From assembly GCA_965178125.1 (NCBI GenBank), contig OZ237753.1:496001-560000 (forward strand): a DNA stretch of 64,000 bases. Reading direction: 5' to 3'. Origin of the DNA: Bilabrum cf. latius. Taxonomy: Eukaryota. Below, piece by piece: positions 22,392 through 35,100 of this stretch (position 1 is the stretch's first letter; every line of letters starts with the position of its first letter). A program made the translations under genes and the position numbers. The notes under the pieces were generated by a model. That model worked only from the letters and a program-made list of their open reading frames with translations, was not told where the DNA came from and searched no databases.

Positions 22392-24937
22392 TCAGCTAAC
22401 CACACAGCAATCTTCCCCGCTGGGACGCGGAGCACGAATCTTGAATCGTTCCGGGCGGTCCCCGGCGTCGAACAGCTCCACGTCCCCGCGGATGATCCCC
22501 TGCCTCGTTGAGTTGTACGTCACCTCCTCCTCAAACCGGAACCGCTTCGTGCTGGAGAAGGACTCGAGCGACAGCACGGCCTGTCCCATCCGGTCGTTGG
22601 AGGATCCCACGTCGTAATCGTACACGGTCAGGAAGACGTGCCCCTTGGTGAGCTGTACCTTGGTCTTGTAGTTGAGCACGAGGTCGGGCACCTCGGTCTC
22701 GCACACCCACTCGGGGTCCAGGGTCTGCATCTTGGGCTGCGTCTGCGGCTGCGCGTCGTAGGTAGAGCAGCAGCCCGCGGCGTGCATCTTGCGGAGGGCC
22801 CCCGGGGGGTCGCTGAAGAACACAACGAACGGGTCCGACATGCCCGACATGTCCGATGCCACGAGCCCCTCGGCGCTGAGATGGTGGAACCGAAGCACAG
22901 GGCACGACATCTCGGGGCGGTCCGGGGCGGCAAGCTGGGGGGGCTTCCTGCACGAAATCAAGACGTTTGCCGACACTGGCTTGTGGTCCGACGTCCACAT
23001 GCCAGGGTGGCTGTCCACTTGAAGGAAACGGGCGTGCCTCCTGAGCCTCGGCAAAGACCGGAGCAAAACCCTGTCCGTGTAGCTCGGGATCCTCTTCTTC
23101 TTCTCTTCGTAGACGTGCCCCTCCACCTGCAGCAGCTTGAAGGTCGGCTCGAAGTTGTACTCGCCCTCGATGAACTGGGCGAACACCTTGCCCTCCCCCT
23201 GGTGCTTCCTCAGCTGGTCGGCAGACTGGATCACGCCGAACTGCTTCTCTCTCACAAGTCCCTTTACGTGCTCGAACAGCTCAACGTGGGGCTTGTCCTT
23301 CCAGTGCTTTGCCTTGTACTCCTTGAAATCGGTCCTGTAGTTCAGGTCTCCCATCCAGAACGCGTGGTCGAACTGCGCGTCCAGATCCACCTCCGGCTGG
23401 GGACCCAGCCGAACCTCGCTGATGATCTCAGCGACGTCCAAGTCACGCACATCTGCGTACTGCAGGTGTGCCGCTAGGTGAGAGCCCACGAACACCATCC
23501 TGGTCCCGTAGATCCGCATGCAGATCGCGCAGCCGCCTTTGTTGGGGAATGTCCTAGTGGGCCCTCCCGTGGCCTCATAGCTGGACTAGACCTCGTCAAC
23601 TCGAGGCATGTGCTCCTTTCTAACCAGCACTAGCATGCCGATCTGGCCTAGCATCTGGCATTCCACCACGGAGTAGCCCTCCCCCGCAGTGTCGGTGACC
23701 TTGCCGAACACGGGACTCAGGGCCCTAACCTCTGCCGCCGTGCGGGCGGTCGCTTGTGCCCTGCTGGCCGCATCCACGTCAGCTGCCGCCGTGCTGGCGT
23801 CCACAGAGGACCGACGGGCCAAGCGGAGCCGATCCGGCGCCGCGCCACTTCCTGCGGAGCCACCCGAATTCATGGAGGCGATTGTGCTCGCCTTGGCAAG
23901 GCCGCGAGCGGGAGCACCTGCTCCTGCTCCGCCGCTCGCCGGCATCTCGATCTCTCCTGGCGCTGCGCCTGGCGGCATCTCACCATCCCCGCTCGTGACC
24001 GACCCTCTTCGCGCGATGCTGCTGCTGCTCCCCGCGCGGGATCGAATCCCGGCGGAGCTGCCTCCAGCCGAGACCATCGAGGCGGCCCTGTGCATTTGTT
24101 TCTGCTGCAGCATGCCGCGGACGTCTGGTGCCGACCCTTTCGAGGCGTGAACTTGCTCCTAAATCGCTTCCAAGTCTTCCATTTCTGCCTCCTCCTCGTC
24201 GGAGTCGTCGTGCGTGACCTGGACGACGCCGTCGATGCCGCTGAGGGCGATGTCCGAGGCGTCCACTCCGCCTGCTGCACCAGACGACGACGGAAGAGAT
24301 TGGCCTGATGCGTTTCCTCCAGCTGAGCTAGCTTTGCTGGCATGCTGAATTGCCTACAATTTCTTGAGTGCCTTCTTCTTGGCTTTCTCGCTCGTGCTTG
24401 CGTAGTGGGATTCTTGCACGGACACTGCGATGACATCGAAGCCGCCGCCGCCCTCCGGAATCCATGGTGACACCGTATCAGCAGAAGTTTCTCCTACATT
24501 CCAGGTGCAGCACCTCACGCGCAACTTCCGAATCTCAGAATCTGCCTGCGTTACAAGTGGGTCGGGCAGCAAGTCGCAACAAGGCCAGTGAGCGGTAAGA
24601 AGCAGGTGGCTCAAAATATCAGCCTAGAAAGATACATGCTGCCAACTAGTCGGGTCAGTGCTGTCATCCAGGAAGTCGTGGGGTTTGCGAGAGCTTCGCA
24701 CCAAAACTGCTAGCAGGCAATGAAGCTTCTCACCAAGCTTGCATCATACTAGAAGTCCCTACTCCCGCTAGACTTGTGAGCAACGCTATCAGCACTTGTA
24801 CCACGCCTATCCGGCCTCAACTAATACGATGTTTGAGATCGCGAGCTCATCGGCTATCTGCCACCCAGATCATGCCCACCGTCCGATGCTGAAGCCTTCG
24901 CGGGCAAGCCTCCCGACTGCATACCTTCACCATCCAT
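22392..24937 (-). CDS. Inositol polyphosphate 5-phosphatase with C-terminal C2 domain and CaaX box (~785 aa; exons 24937-24734, 24545-22392)
   Basis: 5-phosphatase motifs TWNVGE, AVSVQE, NKGG, SHLAAH, FWMGDLNYR, PSYTDRVL and SDHKPV. C2-like SDMSGMSDPFV...TLDPEW...VYDYDVGSSNDRMG. Ends CCVVS-TGA. Six in-frame TAG. Confidence 0.88.
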
Positions 24938-25241
24938 GAATGTTACAAATTATATAATAACACAGTCCTGATATTTAGCAGCGGCTCAGTTTTTGCTTTT
25001 CGCGGAAAACTTCTCCCCGTCATGATTGTCTTCATCATTCGAATTTCCGCAGACTCAAACTCAACACTTACGGCCATATTTGTGTGACATGAGAGCCCAC
25101 ATTCGCAATTCTAGTCTGGAAATAGCATTCAACGCTTCTAAATATAACCACAAAGCTGCCAAGAAGGACTTGGAATATATTTTTGCTGCGAACTCGGCTA
25201 TAATCACCGCTGTTGAGATCGCAGGGAAATCGGGAACAGCG

Positions 25242-27932
25242 ATGCCGGATTCAAGTTCTGGTCCAGGCCCTCTTGAGGAGTCATTTTAGTTGGTAACCAA
25301 TCTAGTTCGACGATACGTCTGCCCAGATTACCTGAGGTTGTTGTTTTCTGGGTCGTTCTCGATCGAAGCGCTCCTGATTGCCCTTGACGTTTTTACGACC
25401 TGCCAACGCGTTGAAATTGATGGCGCGTTAGTCCTGGAGTCTGCCAGGTCCGCCAATTTAACAATGTAGCATTTAGCTGGTTACTCATTGCTGCAGGACT
25501 TAAGCTTGGACTGCGGCAGGGACGCGAGTGGCGCACCTGAAAGCGTTGCATGTGTGATCGCAGGACTGCGGGAGCTGTCGAAGCTCGAACAGCTCAGTTT
25601 ATTTGGCGTGTCTCTAGCGGATCCAGTTGGTAGGACTCTGCGTGATGCTGTAGCTTGCATGCCAGTGCTAAAAGGCCTGACTCTAATGCATTGTGCAGTG
25701 TCCATTGCGAGCCTTGCAGCGGCCGTGCGGGCCTGTCGGGGTTTGTAGAAGGTGCAGCTGTCGCAACAGGACCCGATCGCGATGCCCACAGATCCAATGA
25801 TGGACGATGGCACGTCCTCCTTCACTAGTGACGCTCCCCTGTGGGAGGCCGTGTCGCAGTCCGCAACCATCCGCGACGTCTCATGCCCCGTCCCACACCC
25901 CAGGGACAGTGCGGGTGTCGATGCCCTCCGCAAGGCGGTTGCAACCAGTCGCACCCTGGAGAGCATCCTCCTGTACCAGACCTACACGAGACCCGGGGGT
26001 GCCAGCGTCTGCACAGCGCTGGCCGACGGAGCCGCCGCGAATCGAGGTGGGTCCGTGCTGCGGCGTGTTGAGCTGCAGGACGTGGCCATGTACGCCAACA
26101 TGGCGGACTCTGCGCAGCTCGGAAGGTTGATCCTCTCGGCCCCAAGATTGGAGGAACTGCTGCCCGGTGACCACATGTTTGGGGCGGCCGTGACTGCCCT
26201 GATCAATGCGATCGCAGACCCCCGCTCCAGGCTGCATTGCTTGTCCATTTGCGACTGCGACCTGCGGGAAGTCACCGGGTGGGGTGAGATGCTCGCCTCC
26301 CCGCACTGCTTGTTAACAACTCTAGACATGCCCAGCTGCGGCTTGAAGGCAAAGAATGCTCGTGACATTGCAGAGGGTCTCAGGACCAACAGCACGCTGA
26401 CCGAGCTAAACATAAGCCACAACTCGATCGGTCATGACGGGCTGACACACCTCGCGCGGGCAGTGACAGGCAACACAACCCTGAAAACACTCTCTCTCAA
26501 GAATTGCAACTACGGGGACGACATGATGGGCCGTGACGCATCCCTGCAGGCAGTCGCTGATTTGCTGGCGGAGAACTGCACCCTGCGGGCGCTCCACATC
26601 GACAATTACCAGTGGACGAGAGAAAAAGGCCTCCGCAATGTCGGCGCCGCGCTTGCGACCAACTGCGCCCTGACACATTTGTCCTGGTCGAGCATTAACA
26701 TGGGCTCTCTATTCGCGCGAGACCTGGCCAGCAACAGGGCACTCGTTTATCTGCATGCTGGATGGCTGAGCGCCTCCCCGCCGTACATCGCGGCGATCGA
26801 GGCGCAGCCCACGCTCCAAACGTGCATCTTGAACTGGAAAGGCACCATTCGGAGCCACTCGAGGGCACTCGGAAAGGCAGTGAGCTCCAGTCCCGGACTA
26901 CGCTCCATCAGCGGCATGTTCGACAAGTACATCAGGGTCGACAGGTGGGCGCAAGTGAGGACCGCCGTCGCCTGGATGGAGGCTGCGGGTATCGAGACAG
27001 GGGCTGGCGAAGATGCCTGTACCGGCACTCAAGCACGCATAGGAGAAAAGGAGTGTGTCACAAGGTGTGTCACAAGAGGTAGATACGACACCAGCCGTGC
27101 TGCTGCTCTCGTCAGGCTGCTTGACACGGATCCTGACGCACCCGCGGAGTACCGCGCCGGGTTGAAGGCAGAGGATGCGCTGTAGTACGCTGCATGTGCG
27201 CTAGAGCCCCTCGCGAATGTGGCACGGGAGTGGCTGCCGGGCGCAGCTATTCAAGCGGTTGCAACCGGTGCTTCACGAGGGGCGGACAGGTAGGTGGTCG
27301 GTAGTGGTGGTGGTGATGATGATGATGATGATGATGATGATGACGGCGCTGACTGCATCCTGTTTAGAGTGGGTCCAGCCGACGCGGGTTCGGTTGGCTC
27401 TGGGGAGGGCTAGGAGGCGTAGGAGGAGGCGTAGGAGGAGGCGTGGCTTGAGGCAGGCCGGGGCTGCATCGTGCTTGCGACTGCGCTAGTGGAGGCATCT
27501 GAGGGCGAGTGGATCCACCCGGTTGGCCCGGGTTGCAGCTGCATGGAGCAGGTTCACAGGTCGCTGCGCGAGGTCGTGGCGGCGATTGGTCAGTGGGACG
27601 TAGTGCCGGTGATTTGGCGAGCAGCAAGGGAGCGCTGCCTCGAGGTGCTCGCCGTGGAAGGCAGGCGGAGACGTGAACGAATGCTCGTGTGGAAGCGAGC
27701 CACAGATGCGAAGCGAGACGCGTCCATGGTATTCAAGGCAGCAAGCGAGGGCCGGCCACTAGAGCTGGCGAGACGTCTCCGACTTGGGAAGCTGGCGGGA
27801 GGGCTAGCAATGCCAGGGCAGTTTATATCGGAAGATGGAACGCGCACGCATGCTGGGCCTCTAGCTGCCGCGCGGGCCGGTGGCCACGCCGACTGCCAGC
27901 AAATCTTGCTGGATGCAGGCGCTCTGGATTGA
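25242..27932 (+). CDS. Ribonuclease-inhibitor-like (RNI/NLRC3-type) leucine-rich repeat protein (~896 aa)
   Basis: Repeats LTTLDMPSCGL, NSTLTELNISHNSIGHDG, NTTLKTLSLKNCNY and NCTLRALHIDNY. A single frame with several TAG (e.g. 25287, 25746, 27183) ends in TGA. The C-terminal PLAAARAGGHADCQQILL is ankyrin-like. Alternative in-frame ATG at 25089. Confidence 0.75.
27315..27345 (+). repeat. (GAT)n microsatellite encoding poly-Asp within the LRR gene
   Basis: About nine GAT triplets after GGT triplets, in the reading frame of the LRR gene. Confidence 0.85.
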
Positions 27933-28425
27933 TTCGACAACCATGCAATAAGTCTGTTCCCTTTTAAGATCTTCAACAGAACATGTAAAAAGCAAATCTT
28001 AAACGCAAGCACTCAAGACAGTTCTGGCCCAAAACGGCTGGAGGCCAAGTCCTTTCGGAGAGGCATTTCCAAGAAGTCTATTGGAGCACTGCGATACGAA
28101 GGGGGCACGACAAAGGCGAACAAAACATGGCGGAGTAGTTTGAAGCCACATCGGGCCAGATTCCAATCAGCACGGCTGGCTCCCCTCAGACAAGCGTCAG
28201 TGATAAATGTGTGGTTGAGCTTCACCGGGCAACGCGGCCCGTCAGAGCAAATTTGGATTTGGATGTTGAGCACATGTATCATCACGGGGAAGCAGCCAGC
28301 CAGATTCGCACATGCAAGGCGATCGGCTCGGGCGGTAAAGCACTTCTACTCACTCACATCGTAAGGTTGTGATCCGAGCTGCGGTGCGCCGTGAGGCCTT
28401 CGGTGTTGCGGGCCAACGTACCATT

Positions 28426-31145
28426 TCACTCCGATGTGGTGACTGCCCTCAGGTGATCTGACAGACTGACCCAGTCGTTGCTTCGAATCTGGTCCACATC
28501 AGGCATCTGCCCGATTCTGAGGAGCTCCATGGCAGCAACTGGTTCGGGGTCGGCAGCAATTCCACCAACCGCCACAACCTGCGTTAGAGATGATTCGGGC
28601 AAATCAGAAGAAAGACAATGCTAGCACGGATGCATCTCAGATACCAGTCAAGGCACATTAGATGTCGCGAAGCGCGGCAGGCATGAAAAACCTGACGGCG
28701 CATACGAGGCAGCGCAAGTCACATCAAGCGCGCCAGCCCCAAAAACGCAAGAAGCCTTCTCTCAGAGTAAGTGTCGGTTAAATTTGAACTTCACAGGAGT
28801 CCTCAGAGATTGTTCACAACCATCATTGAGAAAGCTAGGCACGTTCACGCGGGCGCAGTTGCTCCCGGCCGGCAGTGCACCGTCTCTCACCTCTTGCTTT
28901 GCCTTGTCCACATAGAAGAACAGGCTGCGAGTGGTTGCTCCCTTCTTGGAAGTCTTGGAGATTATCTCCAGGTCACCTCTGTCCACACCAGCGGTGGAAC
29001 CGGCGTACCGGATCATGGCGCCCCACTGCTCCGTCCTGCGAATCAAACAAACAAAGAGACATGACGAGCAAATCGTGGCGATCGGGGGTGCTAAATGCTC
29101 GCGTGGCAACAGCTCTCATGGGAGCAGAGGCAATGGCAACGCCTTTGAGTTCACCGGGAGAACATCAGTTGGCTAACTGACTGATAGTCTCACCAGAAAA
29201 ACGGCACGCAGCCGTACGTCGTTGGCTTGCCTGCCATGTTGGACGCCGCGACACGGCCCAGGTCCGTGGCGACGTTCCAGTGCTCCACGCGGGTGAGGAC
29301 CGCCTCGTCGCGGGAAGAAGCCCCCACCCTGGGCAGGGGAAACGCGGCGATGTCGCCGGCAGCGTACACGTCCTTGCCGGCGTGCATCTGGGCGTCCACG
29401 GCGATCCCACCCCTCGTCTCTCGAAGGCCAACACGGAGGCCCTCGTTGCCCTCGAGGTAGTCGGTCACGGGTACCATCCCCGCCCCGATGATGACGATGT
29501 CGGCGGGGACGCGCTCCTCGTCGTCGGGCTGGCCGTTGGGGTGCACCACGGCGGCTCCCACCCTGTTTTCGTCGGTTGCTGTGGGCTCGAACCGGACCAT
29601 CTTGTGGTCCAGTCGGAAGGTCGCGTTCTTCCTTTCTGCTTTGTCCTGCATGACGAGCCCCACGGGCTCTCCCATGGGGCCCAGGGGACACGGTGACATG
29701 TCGATGATGCACAGCTGCTTGAGCTTCTGAGGGGCGCCTCTCTTCGGCCCATCATCCTGTTCTTCACCATCGGTCCCGCTCTCGGAGTCTCCATCATCGC
29801 GCGGCTCTTCCACCTTGAACTGCTGCTGCAGAGCGCTGGCGATCTCCATGCCAATGAAGGAGGCCCCAATCACCACCACGCGCACGCCCTTGGAGCCTCT
29901 CTCGCGCTGGCACCTGGCGATGTCTCGCATGATGGCGGCGTTGTCTCCCGCGTACCGCACCACGTGGATCCCTTCCATGTCTGCGCCCTCTATGGAGAAC
30001 TTTTCGGTGGCCATCATGGAGGGGCGGAAGGTGCGCGCGGGTCCGCCGGTCGCGCACAGCACCTTGTCGTAGGTAATGCTCGTGGAGGTCTTGCCGGTGT
30101 CGTCCCCTGTGACTCGCATGCGGATGGTCTTTCCGTCCGCGTCGATCCTCTCCACCTCCCTGCCAAGTACCAGGCTCACGCCCATTGACTTGTAGAGCTT
30201 CTCGGTAGCTCGTGCGTTCGGCCTGTCCGTCGTGAAGGGCACCTTGGTGACATCGACCTGCAGGGCCTTGCTCGTCTTAATCCTGTAATAAAAAGGGTGC
30301 TCCTCGCGTGAGATGAGGGTGATTTTCCCCTTGAAACCCACTTCTTGGCTCCGCAGCGTCTCGACGGCAGCCATGGAGGCAGGGCCGCCTCCAATCACCA
30401 CAAAGTGGCGCTTGTCGGCCGAGTCTGGTTTCACGGCAGCCGGCATACGAATCCCTTGCAACTTCTTTTGCGATGATGCGGGAACGTGGATTTGGATGGT
30501 TCCGTCTTCGCATTCTTCCACATCGTAGTGGCAGACGTGCTCCGTGCAGGGCCCATCTTCAATATCTCCCGTCCGTACGTCAAAACAAGCACCGTGAAAC
30601 GGACATATCAATCTATTTTCATTCAGAACTCCTCCTTCCAGCGATTTGTTGTCGTGACTGCGTTTAAAAACCTCGTAAGGATAGGGAGAAAGAGCGTTTC
30701 AAGGCACACGAGCGTGGCAAACACAAAAGTACTACCATTCAAGGGGTGTCCAATAAATGCGACGGTGCGTCCCACATTCAATTAAACTCACGAGCACTTC
30801 AGCGATACGGCGTGCAGCTCATTCGAGGCTGTCTTGGCGATTAGCACCGAGGAGGACATCCCCGGCACCTTGGCCTTTGTCAGTGTGCCCGGTTTCAAAC
30901 TCGAAGCATTAATGCTCTTTAGGCGAATAGCCTTTATTCTTTTCCCAGGGGCAGACATAAAGTAGAATACCTGCATCGCAGGGACGAACAGGAGAAACAA
31001 CAACAAGATTCGCTGGTCAACCTCAAACCTGTTCAAGCTCCTGGCAACCTATTAAGCTCACAATTATTGGAATCAGAACACCCAGTACCCCAGCCAAAAG
31101 CATGATTATATTCTCGGGGAGCTCGAAGCCCATAAGCTCCGCCAT
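28426..31145 (-). CDS. Rieske [2Fe-2S] plus FAD/NAD(P)H oxidoreductase, AIFM3-like, with N-terminal membrane anchor (~674 aa, 5 exons)
   Basis: Exons 31145-31062, 30970-30792, 30657-29194, 29035-28891 and 28578-28426, with GTGAG...CAG introns. Splicing yields Rieske CSH...CPFHGACFD, VVIGGGPA, LCATGG, VVIGASFIGME, YAAGDIA, RVEHW and VPFFWTEQWGAMIRYAG. Hydrophobic IIMLLAGVLGVLIPIIVFYF at the N-terminus. Ends in TGA. Confidence 0.9.
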
Positions 31146-32184
31146 GCTTGGTGAAGGCCGGCCTTGTTTGTGTGGCTGTGGCTTCAAACGAGACTGGTAT
31201 AGAACGCAATGTAACGTGCGTTTTGCAGTTTCTGTTGCCTACGTGTTAGTGTCGACAGCCTGTCGTTCGTCCCCGCGGCTCGCCGCCCGCACTGGGCCTG
31301 TTTGGCAGCTTTAAAGGGGGTGTATGTAGAGGGACAGATATTCTGCAGGCTTCTGGATCCAAACGATATCTGCCTCACCTGCTATGCAGAGTTCACTCAG
31401 TTCAGTAGTGCGGCGCTCGGCACTTCAGCAGCAGAGGACTATAGCAAGACTGCCGGCTGCAACAACTCATTGGAATCACATCACGCACAAGCACTGCATC
31501 ATCGCTCAAGCTGCAGTGCTGGTTCCGTTCCGTCCGCGTACCTAACAGCGTTAGACTAACACACCGCTAGGCCGGGCTGGGCGGTCCCTGTGACCGTGGT
31601 CGCTCTAGCCGGCCTGTCACGTGACACGGTGACAACCTGTTAGTTCATCTAAATGCAGGGCTCGCTGACAGAACCGCCAGATCAATTGGGTGAGAGGCGC
31701 AATAAATGCAACAACACGTCCGACAACAGCAGTGCGGGAGCTGGCCCAGTGCCGTGCGCCTGGTGTTGCGACCAAAGCTGTACATAAATGAAGATGAATA
31801 CGATAAATACGAAAACAAGAAAACGGACATTTCAGGTTAATACACGGCCACGGACATCTCAGACGTCGCTGGTTACGAGTTTGATATTTGATAAAGCGTA
31901 GCTTTTTGCCTCAGTGAGGAGCGAACCCGGATTGTGTCCTTTGCATATTGACGGTCACCACGATTTTCCAGACTTGCGTATTGCAGCTGGATTTGGTGTC
32001 CTTTGCTTCAATTGGGCTGCTTAATATAGTATTTCGTTGAAGACACTCGTGTATTTCTAGCTAGTCACTCCAGTCAACAGCAGGAAAGGACTTAGTGTCG
32101 AGGAGCCAGTGACACACTATTGCGGTCACAGCTCGATTTTGCGCGAATATCGACATCAGTTCATTTTTAGGTACTATTAACGGC

Positions 32185-35100
32185 ATGTATACACTTTTCA
32201 TGGCTGTGATGCTAGGGTGTCTGTCCGCAAATGCGTCTTTAACTCGACAAAGGCATGACGACAACAGCCCATGGAAATGGCCTCAATGGCTTGCAGGTGT
32301 CGTTGGACTGAACGAGCGCAGCGAAGTCAACATGCGAATTGAAGCAGATTCAAGTGATAGTTCCTGCACTTCGATCGATGGGTGCCTCGCAGAGGCAGCT
32401 TACCTGCTCGGTTCACCTCCCCCAGGTTCGTCGCGGGGCCGCGACTCTGGTTCACCTGAGAGACCCATACCCGCAAAATCTCAAACTAGCGCTGCGCCGA
32501 GGCATTTGCAGACTTCACCAAACCCCTCGCCATCCCCTGCAGGGCCTGCGGTTGTCCGCAGCGCTGCCAAGATTGCGCACGGAGTGGGTGGCGCCGGAGC
32601 CCCATCTCTGTAGAACTCCGACATATTCGGGGAGTCTGCTGCATCCATTTCTGACGTGGACGGTGACGGGATTCCTGATGTGGCAGTTGGAGCGTTCTTT
32701 GCGGACGACGGGGCGACTGATTCTGGCTCGCTGTGGGTGCTGCTGATGAACAGCGACGGCACGGTCAGGGCCTCGCAGGAGATCTCGAGCACGCAGGGCG
32801 GGGCCAGCTACACGGCGTCAGCATCCGGCCGATTAGGCTACAGCGTGTCCCACCTGGTGCAGTCCTGGGCCGAGAGCGAGCACCCTGGGCTGACCAGGCT
32901 CGTAGCTGGCGAGCCGGGTCACAGCGGTGGCGGGCGCGTGCTTGTGTTCCAGTTGAATCCAGATGCCACCGTGAACAGCACGCAGGTGATCAGCAGCGGC
33001 GTGGGTGGTCTGCCACCTGGTACCACGTCGAGCGGTGACGAGTTTGGGAGCGGTGTGTCCGGCCTCGTGGGCGACGTTGACAGCGACAACTACAACGATG
33101 TGCTGGTGGTGGCTCGGTCCGCAGACGCAGGCGGAACCGACCTGGGTTCTCTGTTTGTGCTGTACATGAATGGAGACGACACCGTACGAGCCGTATCCAG
33201 GATCAGTCAGGCTACTGGGGAGGGGCTAGACGTGCTGTCTCCGTCTCGGCAGCACCCGAGAGCCGTGACCGTGATACCTCCTCGCACGGTTGATGCAGAA
33301 TCTGACGTAGTCATTGGGTTTCCTACTCTTCAGATCGCCGTGCTTTTCTCGCTCGATCCCAACGGTGGGGTGAACAGCACAGTGCACGTGATTGGGGATG
33401 GGCTGGGCGGCATGCCCAGCGCCTCGATCGCGAGTGAGTCTGCATTCGGATACTCCATTGGCTCGATTGGCGACACCGATGGTGACGAAGTCTTCGATAT
33501 CGCAATTGGAGCACCGGCTGACACCACCGGTGGCATTGACAGCGGCGCCGTGTACATCCTGTACATGGCTGAGCACAACGCAACCGATCCAGTGCGTGAC
33601 TTCACCAAGCTGACTAGGCTGACATCGGGCCTGAGTGGGATAGTCCAGGCAGGAGGGCACCTGCGCGTGGGTGGCTTCAATAGCGACATCGACGGGGACG
33701 GGCGCGTGGATTTAATAGTTGGCATGGCTCTGGATGACACGGGTGGGACCAACCGCGGTGCCATCGTGGTGGCACTCATGGGTGGCTCTGTTGCTAGTTC
33801 TAGCCCGACACCGTCCTCAAGCCCATCAACGAGCCCGACACCTAGTACATCACTAAGTCCCGCTGCAGCCGGCGATATCGTGCGTGTGACTGAGGTCGGT
33901 AGTGGGCTGAGTGGCTTTCCCAGCGGACTTGTGGATGCTGACGATTGGCTGGGCTTTCGTCTGCAGGGCATCGGGGATTTGGACGGGAATGGAGTGCCTG
34001 ATCTGGCTGTTGGAGCGACGTACGACGACGACGGTGCCACGAATGCTGGGGCCGTGTACGTGGTGTTCCTGCAGTTGGACAGCAGCGTGAAGCGCGTGCA
34101 GAAGATCTCGTCGCTCTCTGGTGGGTTAAACGAGACGCTTCAAGCTGCAGCAGATTTTGGGTTCTCTCTTGGCACTCTGCATCAGCCGTACGGCGACGAT
34201 CCAGAGCTCACTAGGCTGCTGGTGGGGCAATGGGATGCGACCATCGGGGCGGCGTCACGAGCCGGTCGCGTGTGGGTGCTCCGGCTTTGGCCCGATGGCA
34301 CCGTGGCACATGCGCAGCCTATTGATGGCCTGCAGGGCGGGCTGGAGAATACGGACTTCCACGACAACGATGATAAGAATTTTGGGTTTGACGTGATTGG
34401 TGACATCGGTGATTTGGATGGTGACTCGATCAACGACATCGCCGCAGGCGCTCCTGACGCGCAAGGTGTATCTTCTAGCGATGGTGCGGTGTACATTTTG
34501 TTCATGCGCCCAAACGACACGGCCCGCGCGTACAGCAAACTCTCGAGGGCAGCAACAGACGGGCTGAGTGCCTTGTCAGGTTATGACGGGATTGGTCGCA
34601 GTCTTGCGGCAATGCCTGTGTTTGATCCGAACAGCACTGCAGTTCTGCAGATTTGCATCACCGATGGTACCGTATCGCGGGTGGCAATAGCGCAGATCGA
34701 CTTGACCGGATCTGTGTTGGGAGGTAGTTCTGTCGTGTAGCTGGGCCGTGGTGTTGGCGGGATCTCGACTGGGGATGTGCAGTCCTCTAGCGGCTTCGGT
34801 GCTGATGTAGAGTATTTGGGAGCTATGGACCAGTCGGGGCAAGTGGTGCTGGCGGTCGGTGCCAATGGTGATGATTCTGGTGATGGCACCAACGGGGGCG
34901 CTGTATTCCTGCTGTTCCTGGATCCGCTTGCCGCTGATCCAATGCAGCCTGTGCAGCGGGTGGTGGCGATCAACACCGCCCATCCGCTCATTGACCCCCT
35001 GACAGGTGGTGGTGAGCAGCTGCAGTCGATTGCGCTTCTTGGTGATGTGGATGGGGACGGTCGCAATGACTTGGCGCTAGGCATGCCTGGAGAGACAGTG

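Noticed and set aside
31565-31640. Palindrome TGTCACGTGACA (31615-31626) and a short GC stem in the divergent intergenic region
   Set aside because: A single short palindrome could be a bHLH/bZIP site but could equally be chance, and there is no support for an ncRNA.
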